Of a DNA stretch of 64,000 bases, positions 9,947 to 19,434 are shown one piece after another. A program made the translations under genes and the position numbers. Numbering within the stretch: position 1 is the stretch's first letter; every line of letters begins with the position of its first letter. The stretch lies in contig JADGAV010000008.1 of the NCBI GenBank assembly GCA_015231825.1, forward strand, positions 78,515-142,514, given 5' to 3'. Source of the stretch: SAR324 cluster bacterium (GTDB taxonomy: Bacteria > SAR324 > NAC60-12). The notes beneath the pieces were generated by a model that had not been told where the DNA came from, did not search any database, and worked only from the letters and a program-made list of their open reading frames with translations.

Positions 9947-10270
9947 CTATTCTAATTCGTCTGCTGTTTTGTAATTTTGAGTACAGGAATAGTGTCCATC
10001 AGGCACTACAGGATTATAATGCTGCAAGGAAACTATCTCACCGGAATTTCTTTTTTTGAGAAGAAGTTTTCGATTCTGGACGACAAATTGGGTGATATTC
10101 AATCGTCGGCATGTTTGATCAATCTTTTTTTGGACTTGAAGAGAATATGATCTGTAGGGGTGTACTTGCTTGTCGGAATTTCGGGACAATTCGCTGCTGC
10201 ATCCTGCCGCAGTACAAAACACAATCCAGCTTGCCAGGGTATACCATCGGAAATCGTTCACCAGGCTCAT
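9947..10270 (-). CDS. Small putative lipoprotein translationally coupled to the 3' end of dnaA
   Basis: Its ATG overlaps the dnaA stop codon (an ATGA arrangement). The N-terminus has a hydrophobic segment followed by AAGCSS, which is lipobox-like. The product is 107 aa. Confidence 0.4.
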   Translation of the reverse strand: MSLVNDFRWYTLASWIVFCTAAGCSSELSRNSDKQVHPYRSYSLQVQKKIDQTCRRLNITQFVVQNRKLLLKKRNSGEIVSLQHYNPVVPDGHYSCTQNYKTADELE

Positions 10271-11907
10271 GGCAGCGTTTTGATTTCGGAAAGACGAGGA
10301 GGAATTTCTATTGGAGATTTTTCGTTTTCTTGTGTGAGTTCTTCTTTTAACAGCAAAATCTGTTGGCGAAGAACTTCATCTTCTCCCATTTTCTGCTTAA
10401 TTTGCTTTATTGAATTGTGGATTGCCGAATGTGTTCTATTGCCAAAAAGAGTCCCTATTTCCTTGAGAGACATATCTGTCAGCTCTTTCAGGAGATAGAT
10501 GCTCATTTGACGTGCACGTGCAATTCTGTATGACCTGCCTGTTGATTTAAGATCAGATCGAGAAACCTGGGACATCGAGCAGATTTTTTGAAAAATTCTT
10601 TCAATTTGACTGGCGGGAACAAAATCGTAAGATGATTCTTTAGAATGAGGCGGGGTCTCTAAAAGATCGGCAAGGGTCGATTGAGCAAAATCCAAGGTGA
10701 TTTTTTGGCGAAGAAGTGATGCATGAGCACCAAGCCGAATCACAGCACCCTCCATTTTGCGGACATTAGAGAAGATATGCTGTCCGATAAAATGACAAAT
10801 TTCGGGAGGTAAGATCAAATGATCTCGTTTAGCAATACTTTGTAAGATTGACATTCGGGTTTCAAAGTCAGGAAGCTTGACATCAACCATCAATCCCGAT
10901 TCCAGCTGAGAACACAAAGCCGGACTCAAATCCTGAATATTCCTTGCCAACTGATTGCTGGTTACTACAATCTGTTTTTTACTTTTCTGCAAAGCTTCAA
11001 TGGTATGGCGCATTTCCTCCTGGCAGCCTTTAGTCCCCGAAAGAGATTGAATATCGTCCACCAAAAGCACATCCGCCTGACGGAAACGCTGCCGAAATCC
11101 ATTCATTTTCCGTTGCTGTATGTGAGTGACGAATTCGTTTAAAAAGGATTCTGCTGTAATACAAATCACATGAAAGTCAGGGTTCAGCTTTTGAAACGCC
11201 TGGCCGATGGCCTCCAACAAATGAGTTTTTCCCAATCCGTATTCACCATAGATGAAGAAAGGGCTGTACAATGAACCCGGTTCATGAATAATTCTACAGG
11301 CAGCCTCGTATGCAAGGCGGTTGTGATTGCCGACAACCAATGCATCCAGACTTTGTCTCGAATCAAAGAGGAGAGAATTTTCAGAAAAGCTTTCTGATTG
11401 GAAGGAAATTATTTTTCCAGAAGAATCATGGGACTGTGCTGTCTTTTTTCGAAAATTAGAAGAAGAGTGGTCTGGTGAATCATTTTCCGAGAATGTCTCT
11501 GGAGACTCCTCGAAAGAAAATTCTGTTTGTACAGGATTTTGAGAATCACGATGATAAGCACCGACACAATACTTAATCTTTTTTTTGCGAAACGAAGCAC
11601 ATTCCGGAAAGTATTTATTAAAAAGTTGTCGAAACAATTCATCGTAATTGCCGACAATATCATCACGAAACAAAGGATGTGTGATTCCGGCAATGATTAT
11701 ATTTTTGGCCGATACCTCGACTAGCTCCAGATGATCGAGCCAGCCTTCGTACTCATCGGGCTTTAACTCTTTTTTGATCTGCTCCTTAAATAATAACCAC
11801 CTATCGTGTAGATCCATCTTCATTCCTAAACCCAAATTCCATTTGGATTGAATAGTCTCAATTTGATAGGAAAAGTCCGTTTCTCCTGTAAAAAATTCCA
11901 CGTCCAT
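10267..11907 (-). CDS. dnaA: Chromosomal replication initiator protein DnaA
   Basis: The AAA+ core carries GLGKTHLLEAIG and VLLVDDIQ. The C-terminal DNA-binding helix-turn-helix is present (EIGTLFGNRTHSAIHNSIKQI). The product is 546 aa. Confidence 0.93.
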   Translation of the reverse strand: MDVEFFTGETDFSYQIETIQSKWNLGLGMKMDLHDRWLLFKEQIKKELKPDEYEGWLDHLELVEVSAKNIIIAGITHPLFRDDIVGNYDELFRQLFNKYFPECASFRKKKIKYCVGAYHRDSQNPVQTEFSFEESPETFSENDSPDHSSSNFRKKTAQSHDSSGKIISFQSESFSENSLLFDSRQSLDALVVGNHNRLAYEAACRIIHEPGSLYSPFFIYGEYGLGKTHLLEAIGQAFQKLNPDFHVICITAESFLNEFVTHIQQRKMNGFRQRFRQADVLLVDDIQSLSGTKGCQEEMRHTIEALQKSKKQIVVTSNQLARNIQDLSPALCSQLESGLMVDVKLPDFETRMSILQSIAKRDHLILPPEICHFIGQHIFSNVRKMEGAVIRLGAHASLLRQKITLDFAQSTLADLLETPPHSKESSYDFVPASQIERIFQKICSMSQVSRSDLKSTGRSYRIARARQMSIYLLKELTDMSLKEIGTLFGNRTHSAIHNSIKQIKQKMGEDEVLRQQILLLKEELTQENEKSPIEIPPRLSEIKTLP

Positions 11908-12495
11908 GTGGAGAATCTTATGTCACATAAAATCCGGCTCTGACATGATTCAAATTTTTAAAAACAAATAATTTTCTGTGCCGATACCTCCCGAATTTTG
12001 GACGCACCTAACCATTGAGTATTGTATACATTAAAAAAAATCAGGAAGAAATTAAGAGATTTTCTGCACGAATAAATTTCTTTGATGGGTACTCCAAATG
12101 CCTTATTGAGATGACAACACAATAAGAGATCATGAATAGGAAAGCAATCAAAAAGATCGGTATAAAAATTAGGATATTAGCCGCAAACCCTTGATTAAAA
12201 TCCTAAAAAAAGATCAACAAAAAAATCATAATTTTAATTTTAAACATTTGATATTATTAATAAATATTTATCTAAATAAAAAGGATTTTTCGTCCAAAGA
12301 GCTGTCAATAAATTCATATAAAGCTTGATTATTTTGTCTCGAAAAACAAGCCTGCTCAACTGCTAAAAAGCAAAGGATTGATTTTCCTGACTATTGTACT
12401 TTATCCGATTTACACAAATAAAATCTCGTGGTAAAATTAGCTCTCTCGAATTTCTGCTAATGAGCAGGATCAAAAAAAACTGAAGTGGAGGAGAC
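11908..12495. promoter_or_regulatory. Candidate oriC and dnaA promoter region, very AT-rich, with only weak DnaA-box matches
   Basis: A 588-bp non-coding stretch upstream of dnaA contains an extreme AT-rich block at roughly 12190-12300 that could serve as a DNA-unwinding element. Near-consensus DnaA boxes are TGTGGAGAA at 11905-11913, overlapping the dnaA ATG, and TTATCCGAT at about 12401. I found no perfect TTATCCACA. Confidence 0.4.
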
Positions 12496-13077
12496 ATGCT
12501 GATTAAAAAAAGGAACGTGGCACAAAAAAAGAACAGTGCAGGGCGTCGAGCATCGAATCGATCCGCAAAAAAAATGCTAAAGGAGATTAAGACCGATCAG
12601 GAACCGAAACAAAAAGGAATCAGCCGGATTGATTCTAATGATACGCATGGCTGGTTTGTAAGAGTATATAATCAAACAATCACTTACTCTAAATTATTCA
12701 GTGATCTAAAATGTGGAGGAAGGGAAGTCGCGTTATCGAATGCAATTTCGTTTCGTGACGATTTAATCCAGGAAATCGGCAAAACCTATCCGGCACGACG
12801 AATTGTACGTCGGGACAAGCGCAATAAAACGGGAGTAATCGGAGTATGCAGAACAAGAAAAAAGAATCGGAACGGGACTTACAGTGAGTATTTTTCAGTC
12901 TCCTGGAGCCCTGAATTTGGTGTGCACAAATGCCGGATGTTTTCAGTCAACAAACATGGGGATGCAAAAGCATTTAAACTGGCCTGTGATTGGCGAAAAA
13001 AAATGGAAAAGAAAATACACGGCCAGACTTGGGTAAACAAACCACAAAAAACCCCAAAGTATAAAATCGCAAAATAA
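12496..13077 (+). CDS. Basic DNA-binding protein with two AP2/ERF-like domains
   Basis: A GGAGG Shine-Dalgarno sequence sits 8 nt upstream of the start. Two AP2-like units are present (GISRIDSNDTHGWFVRVYNQ...GGREVALSNA and GVIGVCRT..GTYSEYFSVSWSPEFGVHKCRMFSV..DAKAFKLA). About 25% of the 193 residues are K or R. Confidence 0.6.
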   Translation: MLIKKRNVAQKKNSAGRRASNRSAKKMLKEIKTDQEPKQKGISRIDSNDTHGWFVRVYNQTITYSKLFSDLKCGGREVALSNAISFRDDLIQEIGKTYPARRIVRRDKRNKTGVIGVCRTRKKNRNGTYSEYFSVSWSPEFGVHKCRMFSVNKHGDAKAFKLACDWRKKMEKKIHGQTWVNKPQKTPKYKIAK

Positions 13078-13097
13078 AAAGACCAATTAAAAGGCAA

Positions 13098-13125
13098 CGA
13101 GGAGAGCAAAGATACGGTCTCCTCG
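13098..13125. terminator. Hairpin between the convergent AP2 gene and gyrA, a possible bidirectional terminator
   Basis: An 8-bp stem (CGAGGAGA/TCTCCTCG) has a 12-nt loop. A T-rich tract follows on the minus strand, immediately after the gyrA stop codon. Confidence 0.35.
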
Positions 13126-13132
13126 TATAATG

Positions 13133-15688
13133 CTAATCTTCCGGCAAAGTCTCACTCCCCTCGTCATCCTCAGGAGGAGAGTCTGTATTGAGATCCTTTT
13201 GATCCTCAGAAGAGGATACTGCTGTGTCATTCAAAGAATCTGTTCCTTCTTCAACTTCAGCTTCCTCTTCAACAAAACGTGCGATGTCGATGACTTTTTC
13301 TTCAGGATCCAAAGTAAAAAGGCGCACGCCCTGAGTGATTCGACCAATGACAGGAATTTGATCCGTTTTAATTCTAATCATTTGCCCAAGTTTTGTGACC
13401 AGCAGGACCTGGAAGTTGTCGCCAATTTCCAATGCTCCGACAACCAATCCATTCCGTTCTGATGTTTTTATAGCGCGGACTCCCTGATTGCCTCGATTTT
13501 TGGAAAGGGGGTAATCGTCGGTGAGAGTTTTTTTGCCATAGCCGTTTTCAGTAACCGTCAGAATTGCCCCCGTGCCCTGCAGAACTTCCATCGTAACAAC
13601 ACGATCGTCCTCTTTCATGCGAATCCCTATCACCCCGCGGGCCTCCCGTCCCATCGCGCGAATTTGTTTTTCATGAAAACGTAAACTCATTCCCTGCTGC
13701 GTTGCAAAGAAAATCTGTTGGTCTCCGTCGGTTAACTGAACAGAGAATACGGTGTCGTTTTCGTCAAGTGTTATTGCGCGAATTCCATTGACTCGGACTT
13801 TACGAAATGCGTGCAGATTGGTCTTTTTGCAAATTCCATTTGCAGTGCACATTAAAACATATTTATCCTCTGAAAACTCGGGAACATTCAGATAGGCGCA
13901 CACTCTTTCATCCGGCCTTAAGGGAAGCAAATTGATCATTGCTTTACCTTTACTGGCAGGACCAGCCTGAGGCAGCTGATAGACTTTCATCGAAAATACC
14001 TGGCCAAATGTCGTAAAAATCAGCAGATGATCATGGGTGGAAGCGACAAACATTTTTTCGACAAAATCTTCATCTTTCATGCTCATCCCGATTCGCCCTT
14101 TACCGCCACGGCGCTGAAGTCGGTATTCGCTAACAGAACATCGTTTGATATAGCCGCTGCGGGAAATAGTCACAGCCATGTCTTCTCGAGTGATCAATTC
14201 TTCAATAGAAATTGAACTGTCCTCTTCAGAAATCTCGGTACGTCGGACATCTCCATATTTGTCTCTGATTTCAACACACTCTTCACGAATGATACCTAAA
14301 ATGAGTTTTTCGTCGGCAAGAATTTTCTTGTATTCTTCAATCTGTTTGAGCAAGTTTTCAAAATCGGTACGAATTTTATCCTGCTCCAGGCCGGTCAAAC
14401 GCTGCAGCCTCATATCCAAAATGGCTTGAGCCTGTTTTTCAGAAAGTTCGTATTTTTCTACAAGCTCCACCTTGGCCGCAGCTCCGTTTTCTGCCCTTCG
14501 AATCAATTCGATGACTGCATCCAGGTTGGCAAGCGCAATTGTCAATCCCTCCAGGATATGAGCTTTGGCTTCTGCCTGTTTCAAATCATACTGAATTCTC
14601 CGAGTCACCACCGATATTCGATGATCCAAAAACAGTCTCAGTGTCGTCATCATCGGAAGTACCTTCGGCTGCTGATCGACTATCGCAAGCATGATGATGC
14701 CAAATGAAGACTGCATTGCAGTGTGTTTAAAAAGGCTGCTCAATACCACTTCCGGGTTTTCATGTCGTTTGACCTGGATATAAATCCGCATACCTTTTCG
14801 ATCCGATTCATCACGCAAATCCGAGATTCCCTCGAGCTTTTTCTCACGGACAAGGGCAGCAATTTTTTCGATCATATTGGCTTTGTTCGTCATAAAAGGA
14901 AGTTCTGTCACAATAATCGAATCGGCACCTCCAGGTTCTTTCTCAAAATGAGTTTTCGCCCGAACAACAATGATGCCCCTTCCCGTTTGATAAGCACTGT
15001 AAATACCTGAACGCCCCATAATAATTCCACCGGTGGGGAAATCCGGGCCGTGAAGGTGTTCCATCAAATCGCCAAGCGTGGTATTTTCCTGATGATCAAT
15101 ATAGTGCAAGAGGGCATTCATCACTTCTGTGAGATTGTGTGGAGGAATGTTGCACGCCATTCCAACAGCAATTCCAGTGGAGCCATTGACCAGTAAATTT
15201 GGAATCTTGGTGGGTAAAACAACGGGTTCCTGCAATGATTCATCGTAGTTTGGCACAAAATCTACGGTATCTTTATCCAGGTCAGTCAGCATCTCATGAG
15301 TGATGCGCTGCATTCGTATTTCAGTGTATCGCATGGCCGCTGCTGAATCCCCATCTACAGAACCAAAATTTCCCTGTCCATCCACCAGCGGGTATCGCAT
15401 GGAAAATTCCTGAGTGAGGCGAACAATCGTATCATAGGCAGCAGCATCGCCATGGGGGTGGTATTTTCCGATTACGTCTCCAACAACCCGGGCAGATTTC
15501 CGATAGGCCTTGTTATAGTCATTGCCTTGTTCTGACATTGAAAACAAAGCGCGACGATGCACCGGCTTCAAACCATCCCGCACATCAGGCAGTGCCCGAC
15601 CGATGATGACACTCATTGCGTATTCCAGATACGAATCACGCATCTCTCTGGAAATATCGATTTCAATAATTTTTTCAGCCATAGTCAC
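13133..15688 (-). CDS. gyrA: DNA gyrase subunit A, with an acidic C-terminal tail
   Basis: The 851-aa product has GyrA N-terminal breakage-reunion motifs ([10 protein letters not shown]...) and C-terminal beta-pinwheel repeats. It ends in an acidic tail, [16 protein letters not shown]. Confidence 0.95.
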   Translation of the reverse strand: MTMAEKIIEIDISREMRDSYLEYAMSVIIGRALPDVRDGLKPVHRRALFSMSEQGNDYNKAYRKSARVVGDVIGKYHPHGDAAAYDTIVRLTQEFSMRYPLVDGQGNFGSVDGDSAAAMRYTEIRMQRITHEMLTDLDKDTVDFVPNYDESLQEPVVLPTKIPNLLVNGSTGIAVGMACNIPPHNLTEVMNALLHYIDHQENTTLGDLMEHLHGPDFPTGGIIMGRSGIYSAYQTGRGIIVVRAKTHFEKEPGGADSIIVTELPFMTNKANMIEKIAALVREKKLEGISDLRDESDRKGMRIYIQVKRHENPEVVLSSLFKHTAMQSSFGIIMLAIVDQQPKVLPMMTTLRLFLDHRISVVTRRIQYDLKQAEAKAHILEGLTIALANLDAVIELIRRAENGAAAKVELVEKYELSEKQAQAILDMRLQRLTGLEQDKIRTDFENLLKQIEEYKKILADEKLILGIIREECVEIRDKYGDVRRTEISEEDSSISIEELITREDMAVTISRSGYIKRCSVSEYRLQRRGGKGRIGMSMKDEDFVEKMFVASTHDHLLIFTTFGQVFSMKVYQLPQAGPASKGKAMINLLPLRPDERVCAYLNVPEFSEDKYVLMCTANGICKKTNLHAFRKVRVNGIRAITLDENDTVFSVQLTDGDQQIFFATQQGMSLRFHEKQIRAMGREARGVIGIRMKEDDRVVTMEVLQGTGAILTVTENGYGKKTLTDDYPLSKNRGNQGVRAIKTSERNGLVVGALEIGDNFQVLLVTKLGQMIRIKTDQIPVIGRITQGVRLFTLDPEEKVIDIARFVEEEAEVEEGTDSLNDTAVSSSEDQKDLNTDSPPEDDEGSETLPED

Positions 15689-15815
15689 TTTGCAGGTTGA
15701 GGTGAAACGGGTTGAGTATTGTTCCTACCAAACCCGGGATAGCAAATATCAGGTGGGGAAATCAGCGTCCTTGCACTTAAAATTGAGGCCGCAATCAAGT
15801 CCTTGAGGAGAATTA

Positions 15816-16865
15816 CTAGAGTTTTTTCACCTCATAAGCATGGTCACGTTTTTGCTGCACAGCCATTTTATTGATCACATCTCCCTGCTTAATCGAATTG
15901 ACAACTTCCAGCCCATTTGAAACTTTTCCGAAAACAGTATGTTTTCCATCCAGGTGTGGAGTTGGGCCATGTGTTATAAAAAACTGGCTCCCATTGGTGC
16001 GAGGACCTGAATTGGCCATGGAGAGAATCCCCGCATCGTCGTGTTTCCGATCAGAAAATTCATCGTCAAACTTGTAGCCGGGACCTCCCATGCCCGATCC
16101 TTCCGGACATCCTCCCTGAATCATAAAATCACCGATCACTCGATGAAAATTAAGTCCGTCATAAAATCCTTTTTCTATTAAGGAGATAAAGTTGGCAACT
16201 GTATTTGGAGCATCATCTTCATAAAGTTCCAGTTCGATGTTTCCTTTTTCGGTTTCAATAATCATTGTGGGTAAAGTATCATTTGCTACAATCATGGCTT
16301 TCTCTTTCTTTTTGTTCGGGGTTTTCTTTTTGCTTTCTGCCTTCTTTGCAGAGGCATTTTTCGTTTTTTTTGAACTTGTGCTCTTTTTGGGAGACTTTTT
16401 TTCTTTCTCAGTTTCTGATTCTTTTGCAGGCTTGGCTGATTCTTTCTCTATGTCAACATACTCTGCATCAACAACATCGTCCTGAACCGAACCTGAATCG
16501 GCAGTTTCAAGATCATTCAATTGATCGAGCCCGAGATCGCCAGGATTTCCGAAATCTGGAAGATTCCCCATTCCTAATGAAGAAAAATCAAAATTGGATG
16601 AACCACTTTCTGCATCAACCCATTTTCCGTTTTCAAAAAGGAGCAGTTTGGCAATCCCGCGAAACGTTGAATAAATTTTTAGATAGGAATCGTCGTCTTC
16701 TCCTTCGATCGTAATTTGAGAATCTGTTTCCTCCGTCAGTTTACCGGAATATTTCACATCCAGTGTTTTTGGAAATGTGATCAGTTTGCCTTCAATTTTC
16801 ATAATTCTCCTAAAATTTTTTACAAGATTAATAACTTCCAGCTGAGCAATGATGGAATTTTCCAA
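15816..16865 (-). CDS. Cyclophilin-type peptidyl-prolyl isomerase with a roughly 180-aa N-terminal extension
   Basis: The C-terminal 165 aa carry [13 protein letters not shown]...[20 protein letters not shown]. The N-terminal domain is joined through a K/S-rich linker ([34 protein letters not shown]). An internal M at aa 184 would give a standalone cyclophilin instead. Confidence 0.8.
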   Translation of the reverse strand: MENSIIAQLEVINLVKNFRRIMKIEGKLITFPKTLDVKYSGKLTEETDSQITIEGEDDDSYLKIYSTFRGIAKLLLFENGKWVDAESGSSNFDFSSLGMGNLPDFGNPGDLGLDQLNDLETADSGSVQDDVVDAEYVDIEKESAKPAKESETEKEKKSPKKSTSSKKTKNASAKKAESKKKTPNKKKEKAMIVANDTLPTMIIETEKGNIELELYEDDAPNTVANFISLIEKGFYDGLNFHRVIGDFMIQGGCPEGSGMGGPGYKFDDEFSDRKHDDAGILSMANSGPRTNGSQFFITHGPTPHLDGKHTVFGKVSNGLEVVNSIKQGDVINKMAVQQKRDHAYEVKKL

Positions 16866-16910
16866 TCAGGTACAATACGAGCGGAAACGATAAGTGTTTG
16901 CGGAATTTTT

Positions 16911-17174
16911 TTATGATCTTTCAGGAGTGAGTGTTTTTAATCGATCAACTGCATGAATAGGAGCATTAGGTCCTGACATGAATGGAGTGATTGCAGTGTA
17001 TACCATGCGCTGTTTATCAAGTAATCCTTTGCCCTCAAAGAGTTCTGAAATCACGACAATATCAAAATGATTCCCATTGCTGGAAACCTCTACCTGCGCA
17101 CCTGGAAGGGAGGATTGGATACTTGCTTTGACTTGCTCTTCAATGGATTGACCGGACCAGGAAGGTGAATTCAT
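16911..17174 (-). CDS. BolA-family protein
   Basis: The 87-aa product carries a BolA signature (HFDIVVISELFEGKGLLDKQRMVY...IHAV). Confidence 0.7.
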   Translation of the reverse strand: MNSPSWSGQSIEEQVKASIQSSLPGAQVEVSSNGNHFDIVVISELFEGKGLLDKQRMVYTAITPFMSGPNAPIHAVDRLKTLTPERS

Positions 17175-17204
17175 ATTTAATTTTTTGATGTGTAAAGAAA
17201 AAAA

Positions 17205-17573
17205 TTATTTCCAGGGAGCAGGCATTGCAGCCGGGCCTTCCGGAGGTTCAAACATGAAAGAAGTTTTGCAGCCACAGGAACTCTTGGCACTGGGATTATT
17301 GAACCTCAGTCCTCTATCCATCAGACCGTAACTCCAATCGATTTCTGTTCCATTCACATAAAGGTGACTTTTTTTATCTACCAGAACTTTCAGACCTTGC
17401 GATTCAAATTCGAGGTCAAATTTACGTTTTTTCGAGTCAAACTCAAACGTGTAGGTAAATCCAGAACATCCTCCTCCTTTAACGCCAACCCGAATGCTGA
17501 CTTCTTCCGGAAGATTTTGCTCATCCATAATTTTTTTAACTTCTTTTGCCGCTGCCTGTGTAAGAGTAATCAT
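17205..17573 (-). CDS. A-type iron-sulfur carrier (HesB/IscA/ErpA family)
   Basis: The three conserved cysteines are present in GGGCSGF and CGCKTSF. The product is 122 aa. Confidence 0.85.
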   Translation of the reverse strand: MITLTQAAAKEVKKIMDEQNLPEEVSIRVGVKGGGCSGFTYTFEFDSKKRKFDLEFESQGLKVLVDKKSHLYVNGTEIDWSYGLMDRGLRFNNPSAKSSCGCKTSFMFEPPEGPAAMPAPWK

Positions 17574-17624
17574 CGAAAACCTTACTGATTAACCGCTAAG
17601 AATCAAAGAATGTTAAGAAATATC

Positions 17625-17653
17625 AAATATCTATCTGCAGAAAATAGATATTT
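17625..17653. promoter_or_regulatory. Perfect 10-bp inverted repeat in a divergent promoter region
   Basis: The repeat reads AAATATCTAT-ctgcagaaa-ATAGATATTT. It lies about 50 bp upstream of the erpA-like gene's ATG and about 330 bp upstream of the PqiC-like gene. It is AT-only, so it is not a terminator stem. Confidence 0.35.
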
Positions 17654-17984
17654 ATTTTTAAAATTATAATCCCGTCAATATACCTGAAACGTTCATTATT
17701 GTCTATTAAATACTCATGAAAATGGGGAATCTCTTGCACGGTTTTTAAGAGGGTCTTCTGCAGAAGTTCTGAATTTCATTCAAGACAATTCAATTCTGCA
17801 AAACAAGTTTGATTTTCGATATAATATGTCATGACATTTTGCCCGGAATAATGAAAAATTGCAGAAACGGCCAAAAAGTTCAATTTTCTCTGCAAAGTCC
17901 GAATGATCTTCTTGACCAAATGCTTGAAGCATATTATCTCTTACATGATAAGAAACTAATGATTAACCTCAAATCGGAGCAATT

Positions 17985-18623
17985 GTGAAGTCTGCAGAAA
18001 AGATCAAATCACTCAGCATGGGTTCAATGCTGATATTTTTGCTTTCGCTATTGGTAGCATGTACAAGTGAGGTTCCCTCTCCCACTCAGTACTTTTTTCT
18101 AGAGACACCCTCTGCTCTGGAAACAGGAAAAAGCAATTCGAGCAAGCACCCTGTTTCGTTGCTGCTTAAAAAAGTTGATAGCGTTTCCCCCTTCAACACC
18201 ACAAATTTCGCTGTCAAGATTCGACCTTCAGAGGTGCGCTTTTACAATTATGCCAAATGGGTTTCACCTCCCCAGGATATGCTGAATCATTATTTTTTAA
18301 AATCCCTTGCCTTCAGCAAGCTGGCGGAAATTGCAGCGAGCCGCAGTGGAAAAGATGCCTATCATATTGAAATGGAAGTTCAGGAATTTGGGCAAACTCT
18401 GGAAAATAACCGACCCTATGGCAGCATCAGGATGTTTATTGGAATAAGGTATGCACAATCAAAAACACACGATTGGTACACTGTGTATCATGAGAAGGAA
18501 CTTGCAAAATCAGACCGACCTTATGACGTTGTGGTGGCTCTCAATCGGGCATTGACACAATTGAATCAAAAATTTCTAAAAGACCTTGATTCTTTTATTG
18601 CATCTCAACCGTCGGTACGTTAA
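17985..18623 (+). CDS. PqiC/YmbA-like lipoprotein (ABC or MCE transport auxiliary component family, DUF330-like)
   Basis: A lipobox (LLVACTSE) is followed by motifs typical of this family, YFFLE and FYNYAKWVSPPQDMLNHYFLKSL. No MCE or ABC partner genes lie nearby. Confidence 0.55.
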   Translation: MKSAEKIKSLSMGSMLIFLLSLLVACTSEVPSPTQYFFLETPSALETGKSNSSKHPVSLLLKKVDSVSPFNTTNFAVKIRPSEVRFYNYAKWVSPPQDMLNHYFLKSLAFSKLAEIAASRSGKDAYHIEMEVQEFGQTLENNRPYGSIRMFIGIRYAQSKTHDWYTVYHEKELAKSDRPYDVVVALNRALTQLNQKFLKDLDSFIASQPSVR

Positions 18624-18686
18624 AGAAAATTTGAAAATCTTATTTCAAATTCTCTTTCAGGTATTCACACAAATTGAAAGGAAGAT

Positions 18687-19088
18687 ATGTCTAATCAATA
18701 TAGTGAGCTTATCACAGACTTTTTAGAAAATTGCGGCGAAGCAGAAAAGGCTTTTGTCAATGAAACAGAATGGTGGATCGTGAATGGTTCTGTTAAAGTG
18801 CAGGTTTTCTTAACCTCCCTGGACGAAGATGCGGAACTGATTGTCGCAGCAAACATACTCCACCTGGATAAAGATTCTCCTACCTTGAATAAATACATCC
18901 TGCAATTGAATGGCAGTTTTAAGCTCAAGGGAGCATCTTTTGGCATTCGCAATCAACAACTCATTTTGAGTTTTGTGCGACCTGTTGAAGGACTGGATCC
19001 TGAAGAATTGGAATGGATGATTGCCTGTATTGCGATTTTGGCCGACGAATATGATGACTTCCTGATTCACAAATTTCAAATGGAATAA
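18687..19088 (+). CDS. YbjN-like, chaperone-fold protein of unknown function
   Basis: The 133-aa acidic protein has an overall pattern that resembles the YbjN/T3SS-chaperone-like family. This is a weak call. Confidence 0.45.
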   Translation: MSNQYSELITDFLENCGEAEKAFVNETEWWIVNGSVKVQVFLTSLDEDAELIVAANILHLDKDSPTLNKYILQLNGSFKLKGASFGIRNQQLILSFVRPVEGLDPEELEWMIACIAILADEYDDFLIHKFQME

Positions 19089-19434
19089 ATTTTTAGAAGT
19101 GCGCATATTTATAGCTAATCTCGTCATTGACTCCCGATTGAAAATCGTGAGAGGAATTCCCGTTGTCTGTTCAATTTAAATCTTTGCGATCTGCACTTGA
19201 ATGGATTCAAAGCCCAAAGGACGTTCATTAAGAAGGCTGTTCTTTTCAGATGACTGGACGAGAGAAAACTGACCCCAAAAGGACTCATGCTTAAGCCAAG
19301 CTCATGAAATCTTTCCTCATTTTTCAAAAATGGCCCAAGAAATGTATTCCTTTTCATATCAATTGAACCGGAAGATTCATCAAAATATCATAAGAAATAA
19401 ATCCCAGTCATTCATACAGGTCATGTAAAACGCT

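Noticed and set aside
11905-12409. A search for canonical DnaA boxes (TTATCCACA) and tRNA- or rRNA-like structures in the oriC-candidate region.
   Set aside because: I found only matches with one or two mismatches and no clustered perfect boxes. I found no cloverleaf-compatible sequence, and none in any other intergenic gap examined. The origin call is kept at low confidence.
12496-13077. The AP2-domain gene considered as a remnant of a phage, integron or HNH mobile element.
   Set aside because: No integrase, HNH nuclease, transposase, flanking direct repeats or tRNA lies nearby, so it is kept as a cellular gene. The mobile-remnant scenario cannot be excluded without comparative data.
16237-16714. 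Two plus-strand ORFs (82 aa and 149 aa) antisense to the PPIase gene.
   Set aside because: They are generated by the lysine-rich linker read in reverse (F/L-rich artefacts). The minus-strand cyclophilin frame is well supported.
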